A stretch of 64,000 nucleotides of DNA, taken from the human T2T-CHM13v2.0 reference genome, Homo sapiens. The DNA is taken from NCBI RefSeq assembly GCF_009914755.1, contig NC_060925.1. One strand, written 5' to 3'. A model generated the notes under the pieces. That model did not search any database. It was not told the origin of the DNA and saw only the letters and a program-made list of their open reading frames with translations. Position numbers and translations under genes: made by a program. Below, piece by piece: positions 15,445 through 58,045 of this stretch; position 1 is the stretch's first letter, and every line of letters begins with the position of its first letter.

Positions 15445-15596
15445 TTCTCTCTCTCTCTCTCTCTTTTTTTTTAATAATGGAGACAGGGTCTCACTGTGTT
15501 ACCCAGGCTGGTCTCGAATTCCTGGGCTCAGGCAGTCCTTCTGCCTCAGCCTCCCAAAGTGTTAGGATTACAGGTGTAAACCAGCATGTTTGGCCC
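15445..15596 (-). mobile_element. Alu monomer (FLAM-like) within a probable MaLR LTR fragment
   Basis: Single Alu arm with (CT)n/T tail, flanked by GACTCCACCTCTT on both sides. Confidence 0.75.
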
Positions 15597-16291
15597 TGAC
15601 TCCACCTCTTGATAGGATAAATTGTTAGTGTCTGTCTTTGCAGACAGTCTACAAAAAATTCAAATTCAAGTCTTACCTCCTATACTCACCAAACCTTCAG
15701 AGTTTTAGTCAAACCAATAATTACCAAAGTATTTTGTTAAAGGATCCTTGTAGTTCCTACTCAGGATCAAGGGCAAAGAGATTGTGTGCATAAATATAAT
15801 TCTATACCAGTTAAGAAATCCTACCCCTTTGCCTCAGATCTCTTTTGTTGTTAGTCCTCTGCATGAAGCATTCTTACTAAGCATTTCCTTTGTGGTGCTT
15901 TGCATTTACAAGGCATGTTACATTCTACTTAAGTCATAAGAACCTGATTTGACCATTAAATTAGAAACACAAGAAGTGAAACTTATGTTTACTTTTACCA
16001 TAACTTTCACTTTTAGTTGCTATGAGCAGAGGTTGGTATTTATTTCTTCTCTATGACCTCAGAGGTAGTATTGTGAGCTTGTCACTTAATCAGAGGGTGA
16101 TTCAAGGGGACACTTCTAATAAGGCTTGGAATCTCATTGGTGGCTTGTAGGACCCTCTAGTAAGGTAGTAAGCGTTAAGGCCAGGTGTTCTCATGTTCCT
16201 TGGCAGCCACATACATTGAGATTTATCACATGATCTGTAGACCCCCACACCAACATGCTTTTCTGTAAATGTTCCTCCACCATCAGCCAGA

Positions 16292-16740
16292 TTTTTTTTT
16301 AAGTACAATTTCCATTGTATTTTTCTCCAGAGAATGGTCTGTCTTCAGTCTTTAAGGACTCAGCTCCTTACACGGGCTTTGGTGGGGGTCGTGGGGCAGC
16401 ACCCACAGGTCTAAATCGGGGTAGGGGTGTTCGGTCCTCGTGGGCTTCATGAGATTGATTCCTGACTACTTTGCTGTGAATTGCACAATTCACACAGTAA
16501 TGTAGCTTCACAAACAGCTTGGGAAGCACATAGGCATTGAAGACGCTGCTTCAGAAATGTCCCTGACTGCTGTGGCCTCCACTGTATTTCGAATGATGAA
16601 TTTCTTAATGGCCTTGTCCTTAGGCACGCATCAGGCACAGTTCATGCAGCGAATGGCTGCACGTAACTGTGGCCCTTTTTGACATGACTTTTGTTCCTTC
16701 TTTTCTTTGTCATCTTGGAGGCATGGACCGGAGAGGAGAT
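16292..16740 (-). pseudogene. RPS26 (40S ribosomal protein eS26) processed pseudogene
   Basis: Minus strand reads 5'UTR CTCTCCGGTCCATGCCTCCAAG, then ATG at 16713 (MTKKRRNK...KKG...VQP / [14 protein letters not shown] / [22 protein letters not shown]...[14 protein letters not shown]), stop at 16368-16370, RPS26-like 3'UTR and poly-A. Intronless; CDS remnant is 346 nt vs 348 (two 1-nt deletions) with an internal TGA. Confidence 0.95.
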
Positions 16741-16850
16741 TCTTGAAAGAAGACTTTACATTAAGACCTCACTTTTTTTCTGTGGAATCTATATCTCTTC
16801 TCCCAAAACAACTTCATAGTCTTACGTTTGCCCTTATACAATATTTATCA

Positions 16851-17252
<402 letters not shown>

Positions 17253-18541
17253 TCAGGTTGAAACCAGGGTTCAGTGGGAAAATTCCTTGTAAAGGTCTAC
17301 TTTCCAGAACTCCAGGCTGGGAGTTTATGCCAGCTTTTCATGTGAAAACTATTTACAGATATGCCATTTGTACTGCCTTTTTTATATTTAACACTTTTAA
17401 AGTTATGTTATTACCTTGAGTTTGTTTGTTCTTTGAGGTAGTTTCTGTTCTGCATAACAGAAACATTAAAATAAATGACCGTAATATAACTGGACATTGT
17501 TGCACTGTTTGAAGCATGTATCGGAGGAGCTGAGGGTGTGAAATAGAGCAGGCACATTCTTCTGAGAATGTTAGTGAGGTTTTTCGTGAATAGTTTGAAT
17601 ATACCCAGTGAATTTGCGTTTATTTCCTTAGTGTCTGAAATGGGGAATCTTTGGAAAAGTCCAGTTTGCACAATATAGTATACTCCTTGTCCCAAATAAA
17701 AAAGGAAGATTATATGGCATGGAAACCCTGTCTCTGGTACTTTCTCCTCTCTCACATATAAAGGAGTGAAGGGGATCATTCTAAGGAGCCAAGATTCTGA
17801 AAGGAGAATTAAGAACCATATGCAATAAGGTATTATACAAGGCCGAATGTAGTTAAGTACTGGCCGAAAGGAGGGAGAAGTTACTTTAAGAGTGTGAGGA
17901 GGGACGAAAAATTGCCTTAGAGATGGCCTTGGAGATGAGCCTTGAAAGGAGGCTCAGACTTTATCAGGAGGAGATTGGAAGAAATGTTAAGAGAAAGAGG
18001 AATTTTGAGGGACTACAGTGTAAGGAATGACAGAAGCAAAGAGCACCTACACATCAAGAGGAGGACCATAGCATGTTCAGTTGATCCATTGTGGCTAAAG
18101 CTGAGAAGAGGAACAATGGGAGTGATGTCTAACTTGGAAGCTATTTAGGATACAGCTTTAATGCCTTGCCAAGGAATCTAGAATCAAAGGTGGTTGAGTG
18201 ATTTGAAAAATGATTTTGGCTGCATTATCTAGGCTGGATTGGAGAACCTGGAGGCTCAGGCATCAGTTCTTTCTGTGGTCCAAAAGAAGGTGATGAGCAC
18301 TGAAGTTGGTGGCTGTGGAAATGAAAGACGGCTGTAAAGAACAATGACAAATTGCACTCTTACTCATTCCACCAGGATGTGGTGACTATAATCACAAACA
18401 TGAAAACTTGTTTAGTCTCTTTTTTTTTTAACCTGCCCTCACTTAGAATCTGCAGAAGGAAATAGTGAAATAATAGAACCCTTCAGTTCCCTTAATATGA
18501 ATTTATTTCTTGTTTGCTTGCTTGCTTTCTGTATGTCGGTC

Positions 18542-18852
18542 TTTTTTTTTTTTTTTTTTTTTTTTTGTGAGACGGAGCCTCACTCTGTCGCTCAGGCTGG
18601 AGTGCAATGGCACGATCTCAGCTCACTGCAACCTCTCCCTCCCAGGTTCAAGCTATTGTCTCCTGCCTCAGCCTCCTGAGTAGCTGGGATTACAGGTGCC
18701 CACCACCACGCCCAGCTAATTTTTGTATTTTTCATAGAGATGGGGTTTCGCCGTGTTGTCCAGGCTGGTCTTGAACTCCTGACCTCAGGTGATCTGCCTG
18801 CCTCGGCCTCCCAAAGTGTTGGGATTACAGGCGTGAGGCACTGTCCCCAGCC
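18542..18852 (-). mobile_element. AluS, full length
   Basis: TSD-like AGTTCCCTTAAT on both sides. Confidence 0.92.
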
Positions 18853-19193
18853 AGTTCCCTTAATGTAAATTTCTAACCTAGCTGAGTGAGTGAATTGTTT
18901 ATGGCCCTGAATTGATGAATGTGTTCGTCTGAGGCCGCTTCAAAAGGAGAAGTTTTGAAATAAGTTTCAAAACTTAAAAGGACACAAACTTGGATTGTGG
19001 GATTGGACCGTTTTTCTTATCTGAATTTTGGAACTGTTAGAACTTCTTATTGCATTGATGATAAAAACAAAACAAAAAACCACAGCTCTAACCTTTGTGC
19101 AAAATGTTTGGATGTGATATATTTATATAGCACGAGGGGGAGGATTTTCTTCATTCTAAATGAATGAGCAATACGATTAAAAGTTTATGGGTT

Positions 19194-19500
<307 letters not shown>

Positions 19501-20793
19501 GTTTATGGGTTAACCAGACTTTAGTCCTGAAGGATGTTCTGTAGAAAGTAAAAGCCTATGAAGCTGACCCCTTTGTGCCAGAATTGTATTGCATTTGTAG
19601 CTAGTGGCATCTGGAGATGCTGAAGAAGTGATTGTCAATACAACTAGATTTCCATATTGCCTTTTATCTCTGCAGCCTGAGAAGTGTACTGTTGAACAAG
19701 CACTTGAAAATGTTGTGTGGTTTAGGTTGCATTAGAACTAGCAAAAATCTCTGAAATCTTCTCTGCTAGCACTGCTGTTATCAGTAATCACAGGGAACTG
19801 TTTTACTGAGTTCCACACCAAACTTGATACCATCACAATTACATTTTAGATGCACTTGAATTGCCTTTGTTTCAGCTAATAGTGTTGTGTACCCTGGGAG
19901 ATGATGATGAAACAAAACAGGTGGCAGGGAATAATTAGAATTTGAAATTAACTCTCACTTTCTGCTTCCTTCATGAACAGAAAAGGAGTGGTTAATCACT
20001 GAGAATAAACTTCATTCAGCTGGCCCACTGCAAAGTGTTGCCCTCAGAATACATTGCTCTGATAAGCTGCTTTTGATTGTTTCCAGTTGTTATTAAGGGA
20101 GCAGTATCACGTTTAAGTGGGAGTGTCTTAGCCTGAATCATTTGCTCTATTTTTTTGTATTGGTTTTATTTTTTGGATTAATGGTTTGAGTTGTTAAATG
20201 AATTGGAGAGTGAAGCAACATCCTGTTATCTTCTTGTCATCTTTGTCTTACCTCAGTGCTGTGCTGTCTGCAGGCATAGAGCAGAGCAAGCCTGTGCATG
20301 TTTTTAAATGGCCTTATGGAGTAGAAAGCAACCTCTCAGGATGCAAGTGAGACGGAATTGTATGTTCTTGACACCCTTGCAAAAATCTTGTATTTGGAGC
20401 CTTTTAACTTAAGAATTGCCCAGAGTGTGGTCAGCCCCATGCTAGAAGGAGCAGTTCTTTATGTCTGTGACATGAATATCCTTGTTATATGCTTGACCAT
20501 TCCAGACGTAGTAGTGCTGCCATAGTACCAGGCTTTATTAGTTTTCTGGTTATATTCTGCTAATAGCTAGATGGTATGGGCATATTTTTTTCCCTTTACT
20601 TAATGTACCCAGTTTTGATTATCCATGGTTTGCAGGTATTTTAATTTTGAAAAATAATTGGCGAAGGACTAAGTAGAAATATGTGTCTGGGGTTGTATTT
20701 AAATACATGAGCAGCAGATATGACACGTCCAGGATCGCTGAATACTTGGACTCAGAGACAGCTATTACTCTCCTCTGCACCCTGTGGCATTTT

Positions 20794-22801
20794 ATTTATT
20801 TATTTATTTTTTTTTTTATTGATCATTCTTGGGTGTTTCTTGCAGAGGGGGATTTGGCAGGGTCACAGGACAATAGTGGAGGGAAGGTCAGCAGATAAAC
20901 AAGTGAACAAAGGTCTCTGGTTTTCCTAGGCAGAGGACCCTGCGGCCTTCCGCAGTGTTTGTGTCCCTGGGTACTTGAGATTAGGGAGTGGTGATGACTC
21001 TTAACGAGCATGCTGCCTTCAAACATCTGTTTAACAAAGCACATCTTGCACCGCCCTTAATCCATTTAACCCTGAGTGGACACAGCACATGTTTCAGAGA
21101 GCACAGGGATGGGGGCAAGGTCACAGATCAACAGGATCCCAAGGCAGAAGAACTTTTCTTAGCACAGAACAAAATGAAAAGTCTCCCATGTCCACCTCCT
21201 TCTACACAGACACGGCAACCATCCGACTCCTCAATCCTTTCCCCACCCTTCCCCCCTTTCTACTCCACAAAACCGCCACTGTCATCATGGCCCGTTCCCA
21301 GTGAGCCGTTGGGCACACCTCCCAGACGGGGTGGTGGCCGGGCAGAGGGGCTCCTCTCTTCCCAGCAGGGGCAGCCGGGCAGAGGCGCCCCTCACCTCCT
21401 GGACGGGGTGGCCGGCCGGGCGGGGGGCCAACCCCCCCACTTCCCTCCCGGACTGGGCGGCTGGCCGGGCAGAGGGGCTCCTCACTTCCCAGTAGGGGCG
21501 GCCGGGCAGAGGCGCCCCTCACCTCCCGGACGAGGCGGCTAGCCGGGCGGGGGGCTGACCCCCCCACCTCCCTCCCGGACGGGGCGGCTGGCCGGGCGGG
21601 GGGCTGACCCCCCTACCTCCCTCCAGGACGGGGCAGCTGGCCGGGCAGAGGGGCTCCTCACTTCCCAGTAGGGGCGGCCGGGCAGAGGCGCCCCTCACCT
21701 CCCGGACGGGGCGGCTGGCCGGGCGCTGATCCCCCCACCTCCCTCCCGGACGGGGCGGCTGGCCTGGCGGGGGCTGACCCCCACCTCCCTCCCGGACGGG
21801 TTGGCTGCTGGGCGGAGACGCTCCTCACTTCCCAGACAGGGTGGCTGCTGGGCGGAGGGGCTCCTCACTTCTCAGACAGGGCGGTTGCCAGGCAGAGGCT
21901 CTCCTCACTTCTCAGACGGGGCGGCCGGGCAGAGACGCTCCTCACCTCCCAGACGGGGTCACGGCCAGGCAGAGGCGCTCCTTACATCCCAGACGGGGCG
22001 GGGGGGCAGAGGCGCTCCCCACATCTCAGACGATGGGCGGCCGGGCAGAGACGCTCCTCACTTCCTAGATGGGATGGCGGCCGGGAAGAGGCGCCTCCTC
22101 ACTTCCTTGATGGGATGGCGGCCGGGAAGAGGCGCTCCTCACTTCCTAGATGGGATGGCGGCCGGGCAGAGACGCTCCTCACTTTCCAGACTGGGCAGCC
22201 AGGCAGAGGGGCTCCTCACATCCCAGACGATGGGCAACCAGGCAGAGACGCTCCTCACTTCCCAGACGGGGTGGCGGCCGAGCAGAGGCTGCAATCTCGG
22301 CCTTTTGGGAGGCCAAGGCAGGCGGCTGGGAGGTGGAGGTTGTAGCGAGCCGAGATCACGCCACTGCACTCCAGCCTGGGCACCATTGAGCACTGAGTGA
22401 ACGAGACTCCGTCTGCAATCCCGGCACCTCTGGAGGCCGAGGCTGGCGGATCACTCGCGGTTAGGAGCTGGAGACCAGCCCGGCCAACACAGCAAAACCC
22501 CGTCTCCACCAAAAAAATACGAAAACCAGTCAGGTGTGGCAGGCTGAGGCAGGAGAATCAGGCAGGGAGGTTGCAGTGAGCCGAGATGGCAGCAGTACAG
22601 TCCAGCTTCGGCTCGGCATCAGAGGGAGACCGTGGAAAGAGAGGGAGAGGGAGACCGTGGGGAGACGGGAGACGGGAGATGGGAGACAGGGAGGGAGAGG
22701 GAGAGGGAGAGGGAGACGGGAGACGGGGAGGGAGACAGGAGACGGGAGACGGGCCGGGAGAGGGAGACGGGCAGGGAAAGGGGAGAGGGGAGAGGGAAAG
22801 G
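20794..22801 (-). mobile_element. full-length SVA retrotransposon, antisense to FAM20B
   Basis: On +: poly-T tail, SINE-R (20820-~21310), GC-rich VNTR (~21310-22280), Alu-like region (~22290-22620), (GGGAGA)n/(GGGAGAC)n = reverse CCCTCT hexamer (22620-22800). TSD ACCCT(G/C)TGGCATTTT at 20779-20793 and 22802-22816. Confidence 0.97.
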
Positions 22802-23079
22802 ACCCTCTGGCATTTTTAGGAATTGTTGTCTTACCAGAATGAGAACCAAATACTGGTGGTTTGGGATATGCAAAAGTCCTTTATGGATTTTGAAAGTTAA
22901 AAAAATGAAAGTTAAACAATTATGTATAGCTTGCTCTTTTGTTTTTGTTGTGTTTTTCCTCATTGTTTTGGTTATTAGGCATGTGTAGCCAACCTCATGG
23001 CTCCTAGATGGCTTGCATTCCAATTAAAATAGAAATATTTGCTTTAAAATTTTCAGTGTATGTGGTTCTTGCTTATTAG

Positions 23080-24577
23080 TGTCACAGGATCCTTGGGGTG
23101 TCACTTTGCCAGTGAGAAACCTCTGTGGCCGTGGTGCCTTCTGCCTGAGTAGTGCTTGTGCCCACTGGGCTCGTTCTACCCACTCAGCCTTGCAGGCCGT
23201 GCTCAGCTCGTACTACTGGCCTGGATCTTATACCTGCCAAGGGCAAGCCAGGTGCAGAGCAGCAAGGGGTGTGTGGACAAGCTAGCATGGGGTCTGGCCA
23301 CTGTACACAGCCACGCACGCTGGGGCTGCTGTGGTGGGGTAGGCAGCTCCAAGCATAAGCACAGCTGCCGGTTCTGTGTGAGTCTGCAGCTGGACCAGAG
23401 TATCACATGCAGCTTCTGCTGCGGGTGCCCATGTCTGGACAAGGGGAACATGGTGGCATCCAGAAACTTGGAGACACCAGGAACCTCAGAACCCCAAAGA
23501 GGATGTCACAGCCCTGGCTCGGGGAGACCCTAGGTCTGAGCTCCACAAAGGGCCCCAGCTCTTCTCTCTTTCTGATTGCCTACCACATGGTGAGCAGGGG
23601 GTGTGTTTCAGCCCTGTTTGCATTACAGCTCTTTCAGTCCTGCCATTTGGTGGGTTCTGAGTTCTTGTCCCATGCCCCACGCTGACAACTGGGGGTGAGC
23701 AAAGTGGAGAGGAGCTTCACTGAGCAATAGAACAGCTCTCTGGAGACCCAAAGTGGATAGCTCTTTCTGCAGCCATGTTGTTCTGATGAGAGTCTAGCTT
23801 TCAGTGGAGAGGAGACCCACAGTGGGTAGATCCCTTGTGCACGCAGGTTGTCCGGATATCTGTTTGAGTCTGGCTGAGTGCAGGGTTTTTATGAGCTCAG
23901 AAGAGAGGAAGTGTGTGCTGATTGGCCCATGGGTGGCCATGGGTGGGCCCAGAAAAAGCACCATAAGTTCTCACTGTGGTTTGCGGACTCTTAACCAGAA
24001 CCGACAGCCCAGCCCCCATGCTTCAGGCCATCCCTGGCTTGAAGGTGGGGCTTCACTGGGGACCCATCCCTTTCCGCCCAGGAGCCTGCCTCCTGCCACC
24101 ATTCATGTCATCCACAGTGCCCAAGCTGTTTGTACCAAGGGATGCCTGCAGGCCTACACTGAGCCATCCTCAGTCCTCCCTTGGCCTCCCTCCCATGCTC
24201 ATTGGTGCCCAAAGTCCGGAGTGGGCTGAGACAGCAGGGGCCTGGTGTATCAGCACTGCCCCAACCACATATATACAGGTCACGACATCACCTGGGCTTT
24301 GCCACAATTTTGCTCCACCCCAGAGTGGGTGCGGGGAGTGGGGAGAGGCCAGGCAGCAGGAGTGGCATTTTGGAGCCTGTGGGTGTAGCTGTGGCTGGGT
24401 GGCTGCAGCTGTACCCAGGAACACGGGGCCCCTGCTCCACCATCTTGGAAGAGGGCAGGGCTCCCACCTGTTCCCAGCTCCTTCCAGCTCCGTGGAGTGT
24501 GCAGCCCTGGCCATGCCTCTCCCACTGCAGCTGGTGTCTTCGCAGCAGCTGCTCCAGTTGGGCCACTGCTGCCATCA
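23080..24577 (-). mobile_element. MER52 (ERV1) solo LTR
   Basis: TG...CA termini; minus strand starts TGATGGCAGCAGTGGCCC, like the MER52 consensus; 4-bp TSD TTAG at 23076-23079 and 24578-24581. Confidence 0.88.
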
Positions 24578-24872
24578 TTAGGTCCTTCTCCAGATTAGTT
24601 AATTTTAAATTATTGAACCTTCTTGAGCTCAAGAATAGAAAGCCTAAAAGGGTGAGTCATATATTAGAGGCTTACAAAAGATTCAGGGGTGGAAGGACAG
24701 AATTTTTGATCAAATTTTGCTTTGTACTTGGGCTTGCAGGAACTGTGGAAGGTGCATCAGTGAAGAAATGGACCAATGTGTATAATCATGGAATCTCCTT
24801 GCTAACCATCACCACCAGCTCTCCTTAATACATGAGCAAGAGTGGGTCAGGGGAGAAGGAAAAGAGGTCAAC

Positions 24873-53165
<28,293 letters not shown>

Positions 53166-54186
53166 TTCTCGACACAAAATAAGTGAAACTTCTTTTTACA
53201 AAGATAGAGAAACAGCACAATCAATTCCAAATGGTATGAGATGGATTGGAAGTGGCCAGCAGCAAGTTCTGGTGACGGGACAGGGTGGCCTTGGATGTCT
53301 TTGGTATTTTCTGTAGTAGAAACTAAAGCAAAGACCACAAGTTTCAGAGCATGGAGACATTCCTGCTGAATCGCCTTCTCACCTCCTCGGCAATTGCTCA
53401 TTCTAGGGTTGGGCATCATAGTTGGTCAGTCTTAATTCCCATGCCAAAGGACAAACAGGTGTGACATTTGGATAGATGAATACTGGGATTGGCTCTGGAG
53501 CATGTGTTTTGAGTTGAACCTTGCAGTCCTTTCTCTACGCCCGTGGATTTTGTGGAAACACTTTGCAATCTCTTTGTCTTTTTTTTTTTACCAGAACTAG
53601 TTACATTGGAATGCTTACTGTCCTACAGAGTGGCAGCAAATAAAACCTTGCATTCCATCAAGCCAAAATAGCACACTCTGTTAGAGGAGATACATGTTTA
53701 AGATAGAATTGGAGGGAAGGACAAAAACAGAAAAATGTTTGGGCTTTTAAGCCATTGGGTAGTATTGTTTTGATGATCTTAGAGGAGGGAAGAAGAGAGA
53801 GAGACCCAATGGTAGAACCAGAATCAGGGAGATGACTGAACTACTGAAAAACAGGTTCCCTTGTATTTAGGATCTTAAGGTGTATAAAAAGCAAACATGA
53901 CTTTGCACCTAAGTAAATTCTGCATTCTCATAGTTGTGTCCCAATTAACCAAAAAGTTGTCTCTAGAGAAAATACTATTACAATCTAAGCATGATTCTCT
54001 GTGGAGACTAATTTTTTCCCCTTTTGCCAAAAGCAGTCCTTCCCAAATTAACAAAGCAAACTGAAATAATACCTTGAATAACAGGTTGCCTGTGGTCTCT
54101 GTCATCCTCGTCTCTCTTCTGAAATGAATTTCCACCTCTGCCTTTAAGGCATTTTTGTCACTGAAGCTGCTGTTCCCAAGAGATAG

Positions 54187-54720
<534 letters not shown>

Positions 54721-55928
54721 TAATTCTATCATTCAGTCTTGTTTGGAGTTCTGAACCCATGATGTTGTATTATGCTTCTTTCTCCTCTTAGCACTCTCAA
54801 ATTTCAGGTTTGTAAAACACAGTTTTTGTTTTGTGTTCTGGCAAAGTGATCTCAACATGTAAGTAGTTGCAGTAAAACACAGGGGCAAAGGAAGACAGGC
54901 CTGATGTGCCCACTCATCTATGGACTCAGAGCTGTGTGCTTTGCTCCTGCATCTTGTTGAGGTGCTGTTCCAGCTTTGCATTTCTGTCAAGTAGAGGCGA
55001 ATATATAAACAGTGTGGTTGAATACATTTAATGCCAGCCATTGGAAACTAGTTTTAGGCAACCACTCTCAAAAACAGCTTTAGAATTTATGCCCAGTTTT
55101 CTTGCATTGAAAGATAACTGAGTAATAACCTGTAACTATTTTTAAATGGCATGAAATTAGGAAACTTTTGTACATTTTATATACATTTTGAGATGAACAG
55201 AACAATGGGCTGAGTTATAAAAAGCGTGTATTGAATTTAAGAAGACAGACTAGCACAAAACACAGAATTCGTGTTAACCAAAGGAGGCATTGATTTCAGT
55301 TTTAAGGCTACTCAGTGTTGTGTGTCCAGGGAAATTCACAGCTCAGTATGAGAATACCTTGGTTAGTGCTCACCCACAAGCTTCCAGGAGCCAGCTGGGA
55401 GGAGACAATAGGAAGAGATGTCAGCTCTGCTCTCCCTGTAAATGTTAGTTGAACTAAGTTATGGATTTGTGGTCTTTCAAATACATGACGCCTTTAGTAT
55501 GCCACACTGAAATGAATAAGAAGTCTTCTGAAACTGGGAACTTCATAACATTGAAGGCAGAAGATTCTGCTAAGGAAAAAAGCAGGCAGGAAAGAAAATG
55601 TCTCATCCTTTCTTGAAAGCATTTGCAGAAAATATATCATTTCATTTTATTCCCATCTGTTTTCAAACTCGTGATCTTAAAAGGCATTCTGATGATAAAT
55701 TTAGAATTTTCATCTATAAAATTTAGAACTCTAATCCATAAAGTTAGAATTGAGCTAATAGAGTGGTATGACATGGCACTAAAAATATAAATTTTTGTTG
55801 TAAGTCAGGATTGGAGTAAGCTGGAAAAGTATGTTTAGGCAAATCTTGGAGAAAACCAACCATAAACTTACAGCTCTAAAATTCAGAAAGCCCTAAAATT
55901 TCAAACACTGTTTGAAAGAAGAGGTGGG

Positions 55929-56240
<312 letters not shown>

Positions 56241-57563
56241 TTAAGTTTTGTAACACTGTCCTACTTTATTTATTAGAATCTAAGGCTGTTACAATCAAGT
56301 CGTTGCAGGGTTTGGATCAGCTGTAAGTTAGGTATGCCTACCAAACATCCAAAGGTAGACGTGGAGACATTTTAATACTACAAAACTAGGAAAATCAGAA
56401 CTCATGGCCATTTCCTGCCCTCCTCCAACTTGTTAAAACATGTTTATTCTAAAGTTCGAATGGATAAATTTGAGTATAAAGGTTTTGTTATAAAACTGTT
56501 CTTTAGTGTAAGGCTGCATTGTGGGTTTGGGGGAAATGTAAATAATTTTCTGTGTAAAACAAATTCATAGGATCTGATTTGCTCAGAGTATTATTCAAGA
56601 ATGTATTAATAAGGCATTGCCCCCTGTTTGCACTCAGGGTTAATATGTCAAATGAAATTTAAGAAGGAAATGGAAGAATTCAGGTACATTAATTGCATAT
56701 TATTTTGGGAAAGATGAGTCCTATACGTGGCAATTTTTCAATGTCATCTGAAGCCAGCATTATCTTCCAAAGAAATCGATCTTTTTTTTCTAAAAAAAAA
56801 AAATGCTTTTGCCTTCCCTTCCCTTCCCATCCGCCATATTTCTTCAGCCTTTCTTCTCGATCACCCGTGTATTCTTTGACCAGTAAATGACCACACCTCA
56901 ATGATGGTAAAACAGCATCATCAGTAAGCTATCTTATATGCCTCATCCTGTGAGTTTGAGCTTCAGGAAACATGAGTAAAAGTATATGTAATGTATATAG
57001 TCGTATATGTATTCTAGCAAGAAAAACATATTTATTTTGACAAAGGGGAACACTGACTTTCTGAAGGATTCAGAAAGAACCTTAGTGAAAGGTTCTCAGT
57101 CTCTGAGAGTGGACCCTAATTAACATAAAGACCATTCATCAGCGAATAACTACTGAGCAACTCTAGTGTGCCAGCACAGGCCAGACATACTAGTGAGCCA
57201 GGCACATCTGGCCTTGGGAAACTCATCCTACAGGGGAAGGCCAGTTTTTTTCCCTTCAATTCCTCAAGTCTGGGTGGTGACAAGGTAGGGGCTAGGTACT
57301 GGACTACCACAGGTTTTTAGGAACTAAGGTGTTTCTCATAAACACAAAATGTTGGGTGAAACTGGGAACAACTACTCAGAAGCTAATTTATTTGCTTAAA
57401 TGGAAAGTGTGGGAGCCACTACCCTCTCTTTTGATCTGCCAAGGATTTCCTCTCAGAGCTGTTGCACAGACAGAGATTGTACTTGGTAAGATACCAAACA
57501 AGACAGATATGGATCTAAATTTCTAATGTGTTCTATGGGTTTCAATTCTGAAAAAAGAAAATG

Positions 57564-57581
57564 AATAAAGATTTTAATAAA
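57564..57581 (+). terminator. FAM20B: tandem polyadenylation signals (AATAAA 57564-57569 and 57576-57581)
   Basis: Two canonical hexamers with a downstream pyrimidine-rich element. Confidence 0.78.
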
Positions 57582-58045
57582 TATTGATATCTGATCTTTT
57601 CCTCTTCTTTCCCCCTTCAGGATATTTCCAGTGGTTCCTATTTCAGTTCCCTTCCTGTTAGGGGACAGAAGAAGATTACATCTTTTGTGACCACTTAAAC
57701 TTCCACAGGGATAGTTTCACAGTACCTGGTGGATTAGACCTTTAAATTTCCTCACCAGTCTTCAAACGGTTCATACTAGATTGTAACTATACCAAAATTT
57801 TCTATGGGATCATTGTTAGGTGCTTTTTGTATATTTAATAGTTAACTCCATTTTTGCAGCTTCCTTAGAGGTAAAGAATTATGAATCCTGAAGAACTTGT
57901 CAGCACACTACAAAAAAGGCAGGAAGAGAAGGCCAGTTGCCCTAGTAGTACTTCTTAGGACACCTAGATTTTTAACTTTTGAAATAGAATCCAGCATCAT
58001 AAACCTCAACCAGGTAACTGAGCAAAGCTCTTAAGATTTTTATTG

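Noticed and set aside
21310-22280. Regularly repeated ~35-50 bp units superficially like a CRISPR array
   Set aside because: SVA VNTR; there are no unique spacers and the DNA is human
20683-23023. Numerous 60-199 aa ORFs
   Set aside because: All lie within SVA SINE-R/VNTR/hexamer repeats; SVA is non-coding
23079-24828. ORFs of up to 215 aa just upstream of FAM20B exon 2
   Set aside because: Lie within the GC-rich MER52 LTR; no recognisable domain, and the longest (24181..24828) ends at a stop before the FAM20B ATG
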